IMG/VR virus record: IMGVR_UViG_3300046003_007892
Span: 124,001 to 188,000 of that record
DNA length: 64,000 bases
Reading direction: 5' to 3' (one strand)
Numbering within the stretch: the stretch's first letter is position 1; each line of letters opens with the position of its first letter. The notes beneath the pieces are model-generated. The model ran no database searches. It was given only the letters and a program-made list of their open reading frames with translations, and was not told where the DNA came from. This document shows positions 26,995 to 35,709 of this stretch, in pieces. The translations under genes were made by a program, and so were the position numbers.

Positions 26995-27464
26995 CGGCCG
27001 CCCTTGCGGAGCTTGATCGGTTTCGTCTTCGGCAAACGGACCTCGAACAGCCCGTAGGTGAACGTCAGACGATGCGAGATCATGACCCGCTCGGATTCAT
27101 AGTCGCGCCTCATCGGCGTGATGCGGTCGTGCCGTTTCAGCACGAGATCGCTGAACACCTTGGTGTGCCCCTCTGTGAATTCGTCCGGGTCACCCTTGAC
27201 CGAAATCGTGAGCCCGTCTGGACAGTGGAGGCGCGACATCATCATGGCCACCTGACCATGGCGGTCCTCCGAGACGGTGAACCTTACGGTTTTCTTCGCG
27301 ACGTTGAAGTGGATGTTCCACACGAACCGACCGATATCTTCGCAGTCGTTGAGGGCCAGGAAGACCGAGTTGACGGTGACCTCGAAGTCTTGGTTGAGGG
27401 CCGTGAAATCGTCATCCTCTCCAAGAAAATGTTCGTCCTCGGGGTCGTACTTGTAGACGCTCAC
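26991..27464 (-). CDS. Hypothetical protein, paralog of 26578..26994
   Basis: DFEVTV...HRLTFTYGLFEV. Confidence 0.7.
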   Translation of the reverse strand: MSVYKYDPEDEHFLGEDDDFTALNQDFEVTVNSVFLALNDCEDIGRFVWNIHFNVAKKTVRFTVSEDRHGQVAMMMSRLHCPDGLTISVKGDPDEFTEGHTKVFSDLVLKRHDRITPMRRDYESERVMISHRLTFTYGLFEVRLPKTKPIKLRKGGR

Positions 27465-28072
27465 GCGCCCTTCTCCCCATGGATGGCTTTCACGAGGGCC
27501 ATCTGCGTGGTGAGCAGATGCTTGATGTTCTCGTAGGCGGCCTCCTGGTCGGGGAAGAGGCGACGAGCCTTCTTGATCATCGGCAGGAAGAACTCCTCGC
27601 CCTCAGCCACGTAGGCGAGTTGTTTCTTGGCATTGAAAACGCCCACCATGGAGTTGAAGTTGTGGCCCCGGTCGGCGCCCTTGCCGATGCTCGCATAGGG
27701 GTCTTGAGCGATGCTGGCGAAAACCTCGGTAGGGTTGCGTTTGACGCCCTTGAACTCCTTGGTCATCGCCCAGACAGAGGTCGCGACATCCTCGCCGAAG
27801 CGGCGGGCCTGTTCGTCGCGCGCAATCCCATAGTCTTCGGAGACGTCGTGGAGGAGACAGACCGTCAGGGTCTTCTCCATGTCGCGCAGCGCGGGCAGGG
27901 TGCGGACGTAGTGGCAGATCGCGATCTGATGACTGAACTCCGGCGTGACGCCGTCCTTGCGGAAGCCATTGTGATGGAAAGCTGCGAACTCCATGGCCTC
28001 TAGGGCGAGGTTGTAGCCTCGACCCAGAAGCCAGTATCGGAGGGCGATTTCTTGTTTCTTGAGAGGGTCCAT
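27461..28072 (-). CDS. HD-domain RelA/SpoT-type hydrolase (Mesh1/small alarmone hydrolase-like)
   Basis: AAFHH.G.RKDGVTPEFSH, LLHDVSED, KGADRGHN. Confidence 0.88.
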   Translation of the reverse strand: MDPLKKQEIALRYWLLGRGYNLALEAMEFAAFHHNGFRKDGVTPEFSHQIAICHYVRTLPALRDMEKTLTVCLLHDVSEDYGIARDEQARRFGEDVATSVWAMTKEFKGVKRNPTEVFASIAQDPYASIGKGADRGHNFNSMVGVFNAKKQLAYVAEGEEFFLPMIKKARRLFPDQEAAYENIKHLLTTQMALVKAIHGEKGA

Positions 28073-28102
28073 GACTTCATGATGGCTCCTTACTCAGGAT
28101 TG

Positions 28103-28789
28103 TCAAGAAGAAGGAGCATCAATTCCCGCAAGTCTGGCAAGAATTTCGCAGTCGCCTACGTTGACCTCGACCAGACCCATTGCTTCGGTGCGGTCAGCGA
28201 AGCATTTGTTCGCAGCTTCGGCCACAGCGACACCCGCATCGCGCTTGCCGTTGTCATATCCCTTGCCTTGTCCGAAGTGATGACCGAGGCCGAACATGAC
28301 GGCGCAGACGAACGTCAGAAGGAGTATGCTGCTGACGATCTCAACCACGCTGTGCTCGCCGGGTTTCTTGACGACGGGCTTGGGCTTCGGGGCATTGGTG
28401 ACGAGGGCGGCAGCCGGTGACACAGCCTCATTGAGGATTTGGCGAGAGCCGGAAAGACCCAGTCGATCACCTAGAGGGCTGTAGCCGTCGCTGATCAACG
28501 GCGCGATCAGACGAAGCTTGTTCAGTTTATCGATTCGGCTGTTTTCCAGTTTGGTGACGTCGAGGAGACCGCGCTCGACCGCAAACGACGTGGCGCCGAG
28601 AACATCACCGATCTCGTCGTGGATGAGGTCCAGGTTGGTCCTCTTCGATTTGTCGTCGGGATTGTAGGAGTCGTAGCCGTGGCGGAGGGTCTTGCCGATG
28701 ATCTGCACGACTTCGCCGCACTCTTCTGACAGGACGCCGATCTCGTATTGATGAGCAAGTTTCTCGGGATGGGGATGACGATTGGACAA
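28103..28789 (-). CDS. MazG-like NTP pyrophosphohydrolase fused to a C-terminal TM region
   Basis: LSEECGEVVQIIGKTLRHG...DEIGDVL; then SILLLTFVCAVMFGLG. Confidence 0.8.
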   Translation of the reverse strand: MSNRHPHPEKLAHQYEIGVLSEECGEVVQIIGKTLRHGYDSYNPDDKSKRTNLDLIHDEIGDVLGATSFAVERGLLDVTKLENSRIDKLNKLRLIAPLISDGYSPLGDRLGLSGSRQILNEAVSPAAALVTNAPKPKPVVKKPGEHSVVEIVSSILLLTFVCAVMFGLGHHFGQGKGYDNGKRDAGVAVAEAANKCFADRTEAMGLVEVNVGDCEILARLAGIDAPSS

Positions 28790-28842
28790 AATATGACCTA
28801 GTGGGACGTGGTTATAGGTCTGTTGCTGTCCCTCAATACGAC

Positions 28843-28867
28843 AAAAGACCGGGGATTAACCCCGGCC
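28843..28867 (-). terminator. Intrinsic terminator
   Basis: GGCCGGGG-ttaat-CCCCGGTC-TTTT on minus strand. Confidence 0.8.
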
Positions 28868-28909
28868 TTATGGTAACCGATAGGGTTCGGCAGAGCCGAA
28901 TTAAATCGA

Positions 28910-29218
28910 TCAGACGGCGCGCAGCGTCGGCGTTGTTTTGCCGCGTTGAATGCCGAACGGTTCTCCCGCGACCTGAAGGGCCTGCTTGGCGGTTTGCAGC
29001 GCGGCGAGGGCCTCGCCGATTTTGTTGATCTGGATGGTCTCCAGTCCAGCCCGCGTCTTCGACAGCGCAGTCAGGCGCGTGATCGAATCGTTGACGACCA
29101 GCAGGTTGCTCGTCAGTTCCTGTTCCAGGAGAGCAGGCAGGGACTGCGAGATCGAATTGATCTGGTCGATCACCGAGAGATCGGTTGTCGGGGCGACAGA
29201 TGCGGGAATTGCGGACAT
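28910..29218 (-). CDS. Small coiled-coil-like protein downstream of the large ncRNA
   Basis: GAGGAGG SD; L/I/A/Q-rich heptads. Confidence 0.75.
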   Translation of the reverse strand: MSAIPASVAPTTDLSVIDQINSISQSLPALLEQELTSNLLVVNDSITRLTALSKTRAGLETIQINKIGEALAALQTAKQALQVAGEPFGIQRGKTTPTLRAV

Positions 29219-29284
29219 GGGTTCCTCCTCAGGAATTTCACAGGATGGTCACAGAATATCCGGTTTCCCAAATTTGGAAAGGTT

Positions 29285-29938
29285 TTTTTCGGACTACGAG
29301 ATGTCCGACTGTCGTCGTCCATCTGCTTCTGTTCGTCTCACTCGCAAGCTCGTTCGCTTGAACATCAGCAATTCAGACACTTAAACAAACAAGTCATCAT
29401 CCCTAGATCGCGAAGCATCACTTTTATCCCCCTATGATTCTGGAGGTCCCCATAGGGGCAGAATCATAGAAGGAAAAGTAATCAGACACCCTGAGTCGGC
29501 TCATGACCAGCCACATCAGCCGCGATGTCGTTTTACGGACGGCTGGCGGTTCCCCGCTACCAGCATGAGCGGCCCAATCCCGGCGAGCTTACTATGGTGA
29601 ACGAGACCTCAGCTTGTTCCTCTGGATATCGATCAGGTCGATTTAATCCCCAGGAGCCTATGTCTCAGCGTGCTATTTTTGTGCCGAACGGTTATGGAAT
29701 TGCTTCCAAGCTTACACGGAGGGCGATGGGCGGACCCCACGTGCACGGATAGACGTCAAGCGTTAGACGTAGCTATCCTCTTTGTTTAAGTGCCTTTTCG
29801 CGAATACGAACTCCGCCGAGGGGCTGACCGCTGGGAAGCAAATCACCTCACTGGTCGTCCTACCCTGTAGCCGGTCATTCTTCCCGACTTTCAGTGTTGA
29901 GGCGGGCATCACCTCTAGTAGCCCTGGACGCGCTATGT
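29285..29938 (-). ncRNA. Unidentified ~650-nt highly structured RNA
   Basis: Own promoter; no credible ORF; 12-bp long-range helix 29378-89/29781-92; 11-bp helix 29432-42/29459-69 extended by G-U only on the minus strand; GGAA and GCAA GNRA loops; G(CUUG)C loop with tandem GA pairs. Confidence 0.8.
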
Positions 29939-29945
29939 AGGGGTA

Positions 29946-29975
29946 ACTATAGAATCGAATCCTCGGAGTCGTCAA
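29946..29975 (-). promoter_or_regulatory. Sigma70-type promoter for the large ncRNA
   Basis: TTGACG-N18-TATAGT. Confidence 0.75.
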
Positions 29976-29993
29976 ATAGAATCAGAGGTTGTA

Positions 29994-30803
29994 TTAGCGG
30001 CACCCCATGGCGCGTCTATACTGTGCGAAGTTTGCTTGCACCCATTGGATTACTACGCTCATGTCGTCGTTCACGAACAGAGGCCGCAATCCCCTGTTCT
30101 GGTTTTTGTTTATCACCTTCCAGGTCCCGCCATCGTTGGCGATGAAGACGATATCGCGGGGGTCAACGTCTGCTCCCCAGAACACGATCTGTTCTTCCTG
30201 ATCGCCGTGGTGGTCACACTTGACGCCTGAGTTCATGAACATGACGGCCTCTCGCCCATACTTGCTGCCGCTGTCGGCATTGCGGTAGTTGGCGTCGTAG
30301 GCGAAATTGTAGCCGCCGTGCTTTTTTGCCTCGTCTGAGAACCACGTAGTCAGCCCGAGCTTGTCCATCTCGTCCATTCCGTACTTGAAACCATAGAGGG
30401 AGATTTCGCGGGCGTTGTCCGAAAAATGGATGAGCCACGTCGTGCGAGGAATCAGGCGATCTTTCCCGAGTGTCATGTGGGCGGTGGTCGGGGCATCGGC
30501 CGGGTCGTGGTGCAAGATCGTACCGATGATATCCTGGGCGCATTCTTTCTGGATGTGCTCGGGGAGCTTGTAGAAAAAATCGGCATCATACGTGATGGAG
30601 TTGGCGAGATCGTTCCAGGTGACCTCTTCGCCCGCCGCCTCATTGGTCTCGTCGGGATAGTTGTCCACGAGCCATGACGCGATATGACTCCAGTGCTGGT
30701 AGGGGTCGAAATCTCCACCCTTCATGTACTGGAGGAAATTCGTGTTGTCGGGAGAATACTTCTCCATCACGGACTCGGCGACGATTTCGAAGTAGGTTTT
30801 CAT
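29994..30803 (-). CDS. Putative internal head protein, ART-like C-domain
   Basis: MKTYFEIVAE resembles the T4 capsid-targeting sequence; WLIHFS...NFAY...DQEEQIVFW; ATAAATA 5 nt upstream. Confidence 0.75.
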   Translation of the reverse strand: MKTYFEIVAESVMEKYSPDNTNFLQYMKGGDFDPYQHWSHIASWLVDNYPDETNEAAGEEVTWNDLANSITYDADFFYKLPEHIQKECAQDIIGTILHHDPADAPTTAHMTLGKDRLIPRTTWLIHFSDNAREISLYGFKYGMDEMDKLGLTTWFSDEAKKHGGYNFAYDANYRNADSGSKYGREAVMFMNSGVKCDHHGDQEEQIVFWGADVDPRDIVFIANDGGTWKVINKNQNRGLRPLFVNDDMSVVIQWVQANFAQYRRAMGCR

Positions 30804-30808
30804 CCACC

Positions 30809-30815
30809 TATTTAT
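30809..30815 (-). promoter_or_regulatory. Late promoter, leaderless configuration
   Basis: ATAAATA-GGTGG-ATG. Confidence 0.7.
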
Positions 30816-30850
30816 TGACTGGCCGGGCCCGGTTGTCCTATCGCTCCCGT

Positions 30851-31261
30851 ATGAACATGTCATTTGAGAGCCACGGCTTCACCTACCTGATCGGGCACCC
30901 GATCACCAAAATCGAAATCGGCAACTCGGGTGCCTATCTGCGTCTGACTGCCTTCGGCGTCGAGTATGCATTCGGAGCCTTCGGTGACTGCTGCTCGCAT
31001 AGTTGGATTGAGCACATCGACGGCGTCGCCGCTTTGCATTCTGGAATCGTTGAGGTCGAAGAAGTCACCCAGACCGTAGACGAGAAAGACAACCGGGACG
31101 AACTCGTTCAGGTGTATTTCTACAAGCTCATTACTGCGCTCGGAAATGTCACCATCGAGATGCGGAATGCCAGCAACGGCTACTACGGTGGCTGGCTGGA
31201 GACTTGCCCGCACGGCACTCCAAAGGACGTCGTGTGGAAGACCATCACGGAGGATTTCTGA
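30851..31261 (+). CDS. Conserved phage hypothetical protein
   Basis: GDCCSHSW...EMRNASNGYYGGWL. Confidence 0.75.
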   Translation: MNMSFESHGFTYLIGHPITKIEIGNSGAYLRLTAFGVEYAFGAFGDCCSHSWIEHIDGVAALHSGIVEVEEVTQTVDEKDNRDELVQVYFYKLITALGNVTIEMRNASNGYYGGWLETCPHGTPKDVVWKTITEDF

Positions 31262-31530
31262 TGCTAACCGCGAGTGATCGTGCCCTCCAACTCGCCTTGC
31301 TGGTTCTCGTCGTCCCATACGCGATTTTGTGTTGGGTGGTGGCTCCATGCTTCCTGCTTTTTGCCGCGATAATAACGCTCGGCGCCGCCTTGCTCGACCG
31401 GTGCGGCTTCGAAGAGTTCTCCGGGATGTTCATCGTCACGCTGTTTGTCGTCACATCGCCGTTCCGCTTCGTGTTCGACCGAATCTACGCAGCCGTGTTG
31501 GGTCGCGAACACGAGTGGAAGTTTCACTAA
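31261..31530 (+). CDS. Hypothetical membrane protein
   Basis: Two or three hydrophobic helices; TGATG coupling. Confidence 0.65.
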   Translation: MLTASDRALQLALLVLVVPYAILCWVVAPCFLLFAAIITLGAALLDRCGFEEFSGMFIVTLFVVTSPFRFVFDRIYAAVLGREHEWKFH

Positions 31531-31533
31531 ATA
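31527..31533 (+). promoter_or_regulatory. Late promoter, leaderless configuration
   Basis: CTAAATA-TGGA-ATG; the TAA is the upstream stop. Confidence 0.7.
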
Positions 31534-31537
31534 TGGA

Positions 31538-32122
31538 ATGCGTCTGACCGAACTCTCTATCCCGCACGACCGCGAAGAACTCTCGCTGGAACTCATGGTC
31601 GCAGGCTACAGTCCGTTGGGTTCCGGCGACTTCGCCGATGTCTACCACAAGCCCGGCGCCGCCTACGTCCTAAAGGTTTTCGAGCCTCGCGACGAAGCCT
31701 ATCGGGCATTCCTGACCCTGGCCCGCTCCCATCAGGACAACCCGCATTTCCCGAAGATCATCGGGAAGCTCGTAAATATCAAAAACAAATGGTTCGCTGT
31801 TCGGCTCGAAAAGCTGGAGCGGTATCGCTACGACAGCACTCTGATCTACCGCTACATTCGCTGGCGGGATGAGCGAGGCAAGCATGACCCGCAGGGTATG
31901 TTCGCGATGGAACTCGAAGACGCGTTCGAGTTCATGGAGGAATACCCGAAACTCCAAGAAGCATGCGATCTCATCATCGACAATCTCCTCACGCAGGGCG
32001 GCCAATCCCTGGCCGGTCATGTGCCGGATTTCCGTCAGGACATCCGCAACGACAACATCATGATGCGGGGAAATACCATCGTGATCGTTGACCCTATCGT
32101 GCCCAACAAAGAGATGAAGTAG
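31538..32122 (+). CDS. Protein kinase-like fold enzyme, putative head cargo
   Basis: LGSGDFADVY, VLKV, DIRNDNIM (DxxxxN), IVIVDP; MRLTE N-terminus. Confidence 0.8.
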   Translation: MRLTELSIPHDREELSLELMVAGYSPLGSGDFADVYHKPGAAYVLKVFEPRDEAYRAFLTLARSHQDNPHFPKIIGKLVNIKNKWFAVRLEKLERYRYDSTLIYRYIRWRDERGKHDPQGMFAMELEDAFEFMEEYPKLQEACDLIIDNLLTQGGQSLAGHVPDFRQDIRNDNIMMRGNTIVIVDPIVPNKEMK

Positions 32123-32132
32123 CGGATAGAAG

Positions 32133-32160
32133 AAAGGCCCGGACTTGCGTCCGGGCCCCT
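32133..32160. terminator. Hairpin between convergent genes
   Basis: GGCCCGGA-cttgcg-TCCGGGCC. Confidence 0.7.
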
Positions 32161-32161
32161 C

Positions 32162-32707
32162 TCAAAATCCTCTCAATCTTACAAAAACGTGCTGACCATT
32201 CCTCCAGGAGTGGAGCGGGTTTCGGGCCCAAGATGGTCTGACGCTGACGTTATGGAAGTGGGTAGCCCCTCCGGTCGGGTCGCCTGACGTGGCGAGATCG
32301 GTCCCATAGAGGGTATCGTAGGCGAGTTGCTGGGAAGCCAGCCAAGCAGAGCGTTCGCGGGGAATGATTCCGCCAACCGGGCGGGTCGTCCACGTGAACT
32401 GTCCGTCATCCCATACGACGCCGCATACTGTTTGCGGAAAACGAGGGGATTCGGAACGGTTGAGAACTACGTGCGCTACGGCACGTCGGCCGTCGATGTC
32501 ACGGACACCTCGGGCTTCATGATAGATAGTCAGAGCGAGACAAAGAAACTCACGACGCTCGTTATCTTGCAGTTCCTGGGCTTGTTGGAACACGGGCACC
32601 TGACTACTCAGGGGTCCCATCTTCCATGCGTTCGCGAACGCGGTAGTAGACGTAAAGAGTGAAATGACTACTGCCGCAGCCGCGAGAGCGGCTTTGGATA
32701 TCTTCAA
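32162..32707 (-). CDS. Secreted SleB/Hydrolase_2-family cell wall hydrolase
   Basis: Signal peptide; CLALTIYHEARG, AVAHVVLNR, FPQTVCGVV, QFTWT, GGATHFH; late motif at 32736-32742. Confidence 0.92.
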   Translation of the reverse strand: MKISKAALAAAAVVISLFTSTTAFANAWKMGPLSSQVPVFQQAQELQDNERREFLCLALTIYHEARGVRDIDGRRAVAHVVLNRSESPRFPQTVCGVVWDDGQFTWTTRPVGGIIPRERSAWLASQQLAYDTLYGTDLATSGDPTGGATHFHNVSVRPSWARNPLHSWRNGQHVFVRLRGF

Positions 32708-32797
32708 AATAGCGGTCCTTTTGCTGTTGAAGGGTTATTTAGGCATTTTGGTTGCCCAAATGTCAAAATCAGCGTGGCGCGCATTGTCGCAGCCAGT

Positions 32798-32923
32798 TCA
32801 CTGGCGGTGTTTCTGCCATGCGGAGATGCCCCACAGGGTGCCGACGAGGGCGCCGATCACGTAGCCGAGACCGAATGCGGGCATGGAAATGTTGGCGAGT
32901 TGGTCTGCTGTCAGGCCGTACAT
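32798..32923 (-). CDS. Small single-TM protein
   Basis: GGAG SD; FGLGYVIGALVGTLWGISAW. Confidence 0.5.
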   Translation of the reverse strand: MYGLTADQLANISMPAFGLGYVIGALVGTLWGISAWQKHRQ

Positions 32924-33067
32924 TTTCTGCTCCGAAACAATTTGATCGCGTGGGGAATAAACTCGTATAACCAAACCAGACGGAAACGTTCCGAGCCCGG
33001 CGTTCTGCAAATCATACCACGGGTTCTCATATTACAGCAAGGCTTCATTATTTTGTCCGCCAACACT

Positions 33068-33445
33068 TTGAACAATAACAACAATCGCCCGAGCACGGGT
33101 CCCCGCAAGCCCCGTTCGGAGACGGCTGTTCGTTCACCGAAAGCGGTGCGCCGCCTGTCGGACCCGGACGCCATCCACGATTTCGTCAAGCCCCTGCGGG
33201 ACCTCGTCGAATCCTTCGGTCTGCACGTCAAGCCGACCGTGCACGTCAATGGCCCGTCGTCGGACGCCGCCATCATCGTCGTCGATTTCGGCTCACCGCT
33301 CGTCCAGGTCCGCCTCAACTCCGAGCAGTCCGGTGAACTCGCTGCCCGCCTGCGCCGCCTCACCAAGGAATTCTACCAAGGCGAAGTCAACGTCCGCATC
33401 GGCGTCGATAACCAGAACGGCATTCACTGGTCGGCTCTCGCTTAA
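33068..33445 (+). CDS. Hypothetical protein
   Basis: Strong codon bias; start uncertain (TTG). Confidence 0.65.
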   Translation: MNNNNNRPSTGPRKPRSETAVRSPKAVRRLSDPDAIHDFVKPLRDLVESFGLHVKPTVHVNGPSSDAAIIVVDFGSPLVQVRLNSEQSGELAARLRRLTKEFYQGEVNVRIGVDNQNGIHWSALA

Positions 33446-33476
33446 TACTTGACAAGTTTTGCAACTGGTCTACAAG
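33445..33476 (+). promoter_or_regulatory. Early-type promoter ACTTGACAAG-class
   Basis: TTGACA-N16-TACAAG. Confidence 0.6.
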
Positions 33477-33518
33477 GGGGTTCCGAGCAATCGGAACCCT
33501 TTTTGGTTGGAGAGCGGC

Positions 33519-33746
33519 GTGAAGTTTTCTGAGGCTCCGGGTTCATCTCTACCCAACGACAGCAGTGGCTGGACCGTTATGGCGTGGATTGTCGGGCTAT
33601 TTTTCTGGAACGTCCGGGACTTCATTTTCGACGTTCCCCATGACCCCACCCATCTCGTCGTCGCTTTCCTGTGTGTGTTCGTCGTCGCATTGCAGATTTC
33701 CCTGAATCGCCTCACTGCGATCATTCGCGGCCTGGAAGGAAAATAA
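33519..33746 (+). CDS. Small two-TM protein
   Basis: GGAG SD, GTG start, two hydrophobic segments. Confidence 0.55.
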   Translation: MKFSEAPGSSLPNDSSGWTVMAWIVGLFFWNVRDFIFDVPHDPTHLVVAFLCVFVVALQISLNRLTAIIRGLEGK

Positions 33747-33747
33747 G

Positions 33748-34044
33748 ATGTCGCTTCATTTCGAACCCGTATCGACCACGGTCGCTCGCGTCGGCTATCG
33801 TGCTGGCAGGGCCCGCGACGTGAATCTCATCCGCTACGCCGTCTATAGCGACGGCGTCTTTGTCGGCCATGTCGCCAATGAAATGGTCACCTTCGAAAAG
33901 AGCCGTCCGGGCAAAAACTATGTGGACCGCCGCTGGCAGTCCCCGCGCTGGAAGTTCTACGAAGAGGACAGCGTGCGGTGCCGCGTCTATTTCGAAACCC
34001 GAGATCGGGCAGTGGCTGAGCTTCTCGCTCAAGTCGCCGCGTAA
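33748..34044 (+). CDS. Hypothetical protein
   Basis: GGAAGGA SD. Confidence 0.65.
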   Translation: MSLHFEPVSTTVARVGYRAGRARDVNLIRYAVYSDGVFVGHVANEMVTFEKSRPGKNYVDRRWQSPRWKFYEEDSVRCRVYFETRDRAVAELLAQVAA

Positions 34045-34124
34045 TTTTGGGTAAACGAAGCCTCTTGCAAACCTGCCAATATAGGTTGTAGTTTGCGACT
34101 CCCTGCCTCAAGGAGTCACCCCAC

Positions 34125-34592
34125 ATGGTCACCAAGCCACCCAGGAAAAACAACCTCAACCTCGCGGCGCAACCGTCCGCTCAGGGCTATCGCTTCATCG
34201 ACAAAGACCCCGACATGGAAGTCGTCGTCGCCGCGATTGCCAACTCGGGCCTCACGGTCGAAGCCATCAGCGAAATGACTGAACGGCAAGGCAACAAGGT
34301 CTCCGCCGCCGCCATGGTGGGCTGGATGTACGGCAAAACCAAGCGTCCCCAGAACTACACCCTCACCGCCGTCATGCAGGCTCTGGGCTATAATCGGAAG
34401 TGGATGGAAGCCAACATGGCCCCGACCGTCTCCATCGCCGTCGCCACCGCCGCCGTGGACAACATGGTGTCGAAGTTCAAGCTCAAAGGCGGTCTGCCGC
34501 CTCGGGGCCAGAAGGGCAAGACGGCCAAGAAAGCCCTCAAGGGAAAGACGGCCAAGTCCGGTAAACCGAAAGCCTTGGAGGCGACATCGTGA
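34125..34592 (+). CDS. Cro/XRE-like HTH protein with Lys-rich tail
   Basis: GLTVEAISE...VSAAAMVGWMYGKTKRPQNYTLTAVMQALG; AAGGAG SD. Confidence 0.7.
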   Translation: MVTKPPRKNNLNLAAQPSAQGYRFIDKDPDMEVVVAAIANSGLTVEAISEMTERQGNKVSAAAMVGWMYGKTKRPQNYTLTAVMQALGYNRKWMEANMAPTVSIAVATAAVDNMVSKFKLKGGLPPRGQKGKTAKKALKGKTAKSGKPKALEATS

Positions 34593-35653
34593 TCGACCCC
34601 AAGCACCTCTCGGAGTTCATCACCTCCCCCGACGCCACCGATATCATGCAGGCTTTCTCCTCCATGGACCAGGGGCCCTTCAGAGCCTCGCTGGTGGCTC
34701 ACCTGATGACGATGTCGTCCATGGCCGCCATGACCGCGAACGCCGCTCCAGCACCCGTTCCCGCGCCCCCTGCACCGGTCCCCGACCGACCGTTCGTCTC
34801 CGAGACTGTGGAAGGACGGATTCTGGAGCGTAAGCTTCGGGGCGAGACCATTCGCAGCATCGAGAAGTCGGAGAACGTCTCCTTCCGTTTCGTTCGCACC
34901 GTTCTGGACAAAGCGTCCAAGCAAGGCGTGGACGTCGGTCGCCTCCCGGCCAAAGCCCCTGCGGCCAAAGCCCCTCCGGCCAAGCACACACTGAGCAAGG
35001 AAGATCGCGGCCTGCGTCGCAAGGAAGCCATCCGTCTTCGCTACCTCGGGATGGGTCCCAAGGAGATCGCCGTTCAACTCGACATGTCGATTGGCAACGT
35101 CGGGAATGCGATCTGGGCCGCGAAGACTGGCGACAAAGGAGAGCCCGTCACGGTCTTTCCCGATATCGACGAGACCATCCTGGCGGGAAGCATCCCCGGA
35201 CCATTCAATGTGAAGTCTTCGGGGAAACGGTTCGTCTGGGCTGATCATCCCGAGATCGAGCACGCCGTGATCGACCGCTTTCTTCAGGGCGAACGAGCCA
35301 GCACCCTGATGAAGTTCATCCGCGAGCAATCCGGCGACGACATCACCGAGAACATGGTTCTGGGCCGTCTCTACAACCGCCGCCCTGAGTTCCCCGTCGA
35401 AGTCCTCCGCGATGGTCCGATCTCGTGGATGGAGGCGTGGACGATCATGTCGGTGGTGAACAAGTCCCCCGAGGGCTGGCTGACCAAACTGTCTGATCGT
35501 CTCGGTCTTCGGGAGCGCATCACGCCGCCGCAGGATATCAACGCGATTGCGGCGCCGGAGAAGATCGCACTCATTCGGTCGGCCTACCACGCGACCATTC
35601 TCGCGCGGGGAAATACGGGAACGGTTGCCCAAACGGTCGCCCAAACGGCCTGA
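34589..35653 (+). CDS. Multi-HTH DNA-binding protein (LuxR/sigma4-like and GcrA-like HTHs)
   Basis: GMGPKEIAVQLDMSIGNV; W...LQGERASTL...ITENMVLGRLYNR. Confidence 0.6.
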   Translation: MIDPKHLSEFITSPDATDIMQAFSSMDQGPFRASLVAHLMTMSSMAAMTANAAPAPVPAPPAPVPDRPFVSETVEGRILERKLRGETIRSIEKSENVSFRFVRTVLDKASKQGVDVGRLPAKAPAAKAPPAKHTLSKEDRGLRRKEAIRLRYLGMGPKEIAVQLDMSIGNVGNAIWAAKTGDKGEPVTVFPDIDETILAGSIPGPFNVKSSGKRFVWADHPEIEHAVIDRFLQGERASTLMKFIREQSGDDITENMVLGRLYNRRPEFPVEVLRDGPISWMEAWTIMSVVNKSPEGWLTKLSDRLGLRERITPPQDINAIAAPEKIALIRSAYHATILARGNTGTVAQTVAQTA

Positions 35654-35698
35654 CCCAACGATGGCCCCGGTGGTGCAAGCCACCGGGGTTCTGTCCGT

Positions 35699-35705
35699 CT
35701 AAATA
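35699..35705 (+). promoter_or_regulatory. Late promoter, leaderless configuration
   Basis: CTAAATA-AGCC-GTG. Confidence 0.65.
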
Positions 35706-35709
35706 AGCC

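Noticed and set aside
29285-29938. Group I or II intron, RNase P, tmRNA
   Set aside because: No interrupted gene, no GUGYG/domain V, only partial UAGUCC similarity, and no tRNA-like ends. The 70-aa ORF 29763..29975 overlaps the promoter and looks spurious.
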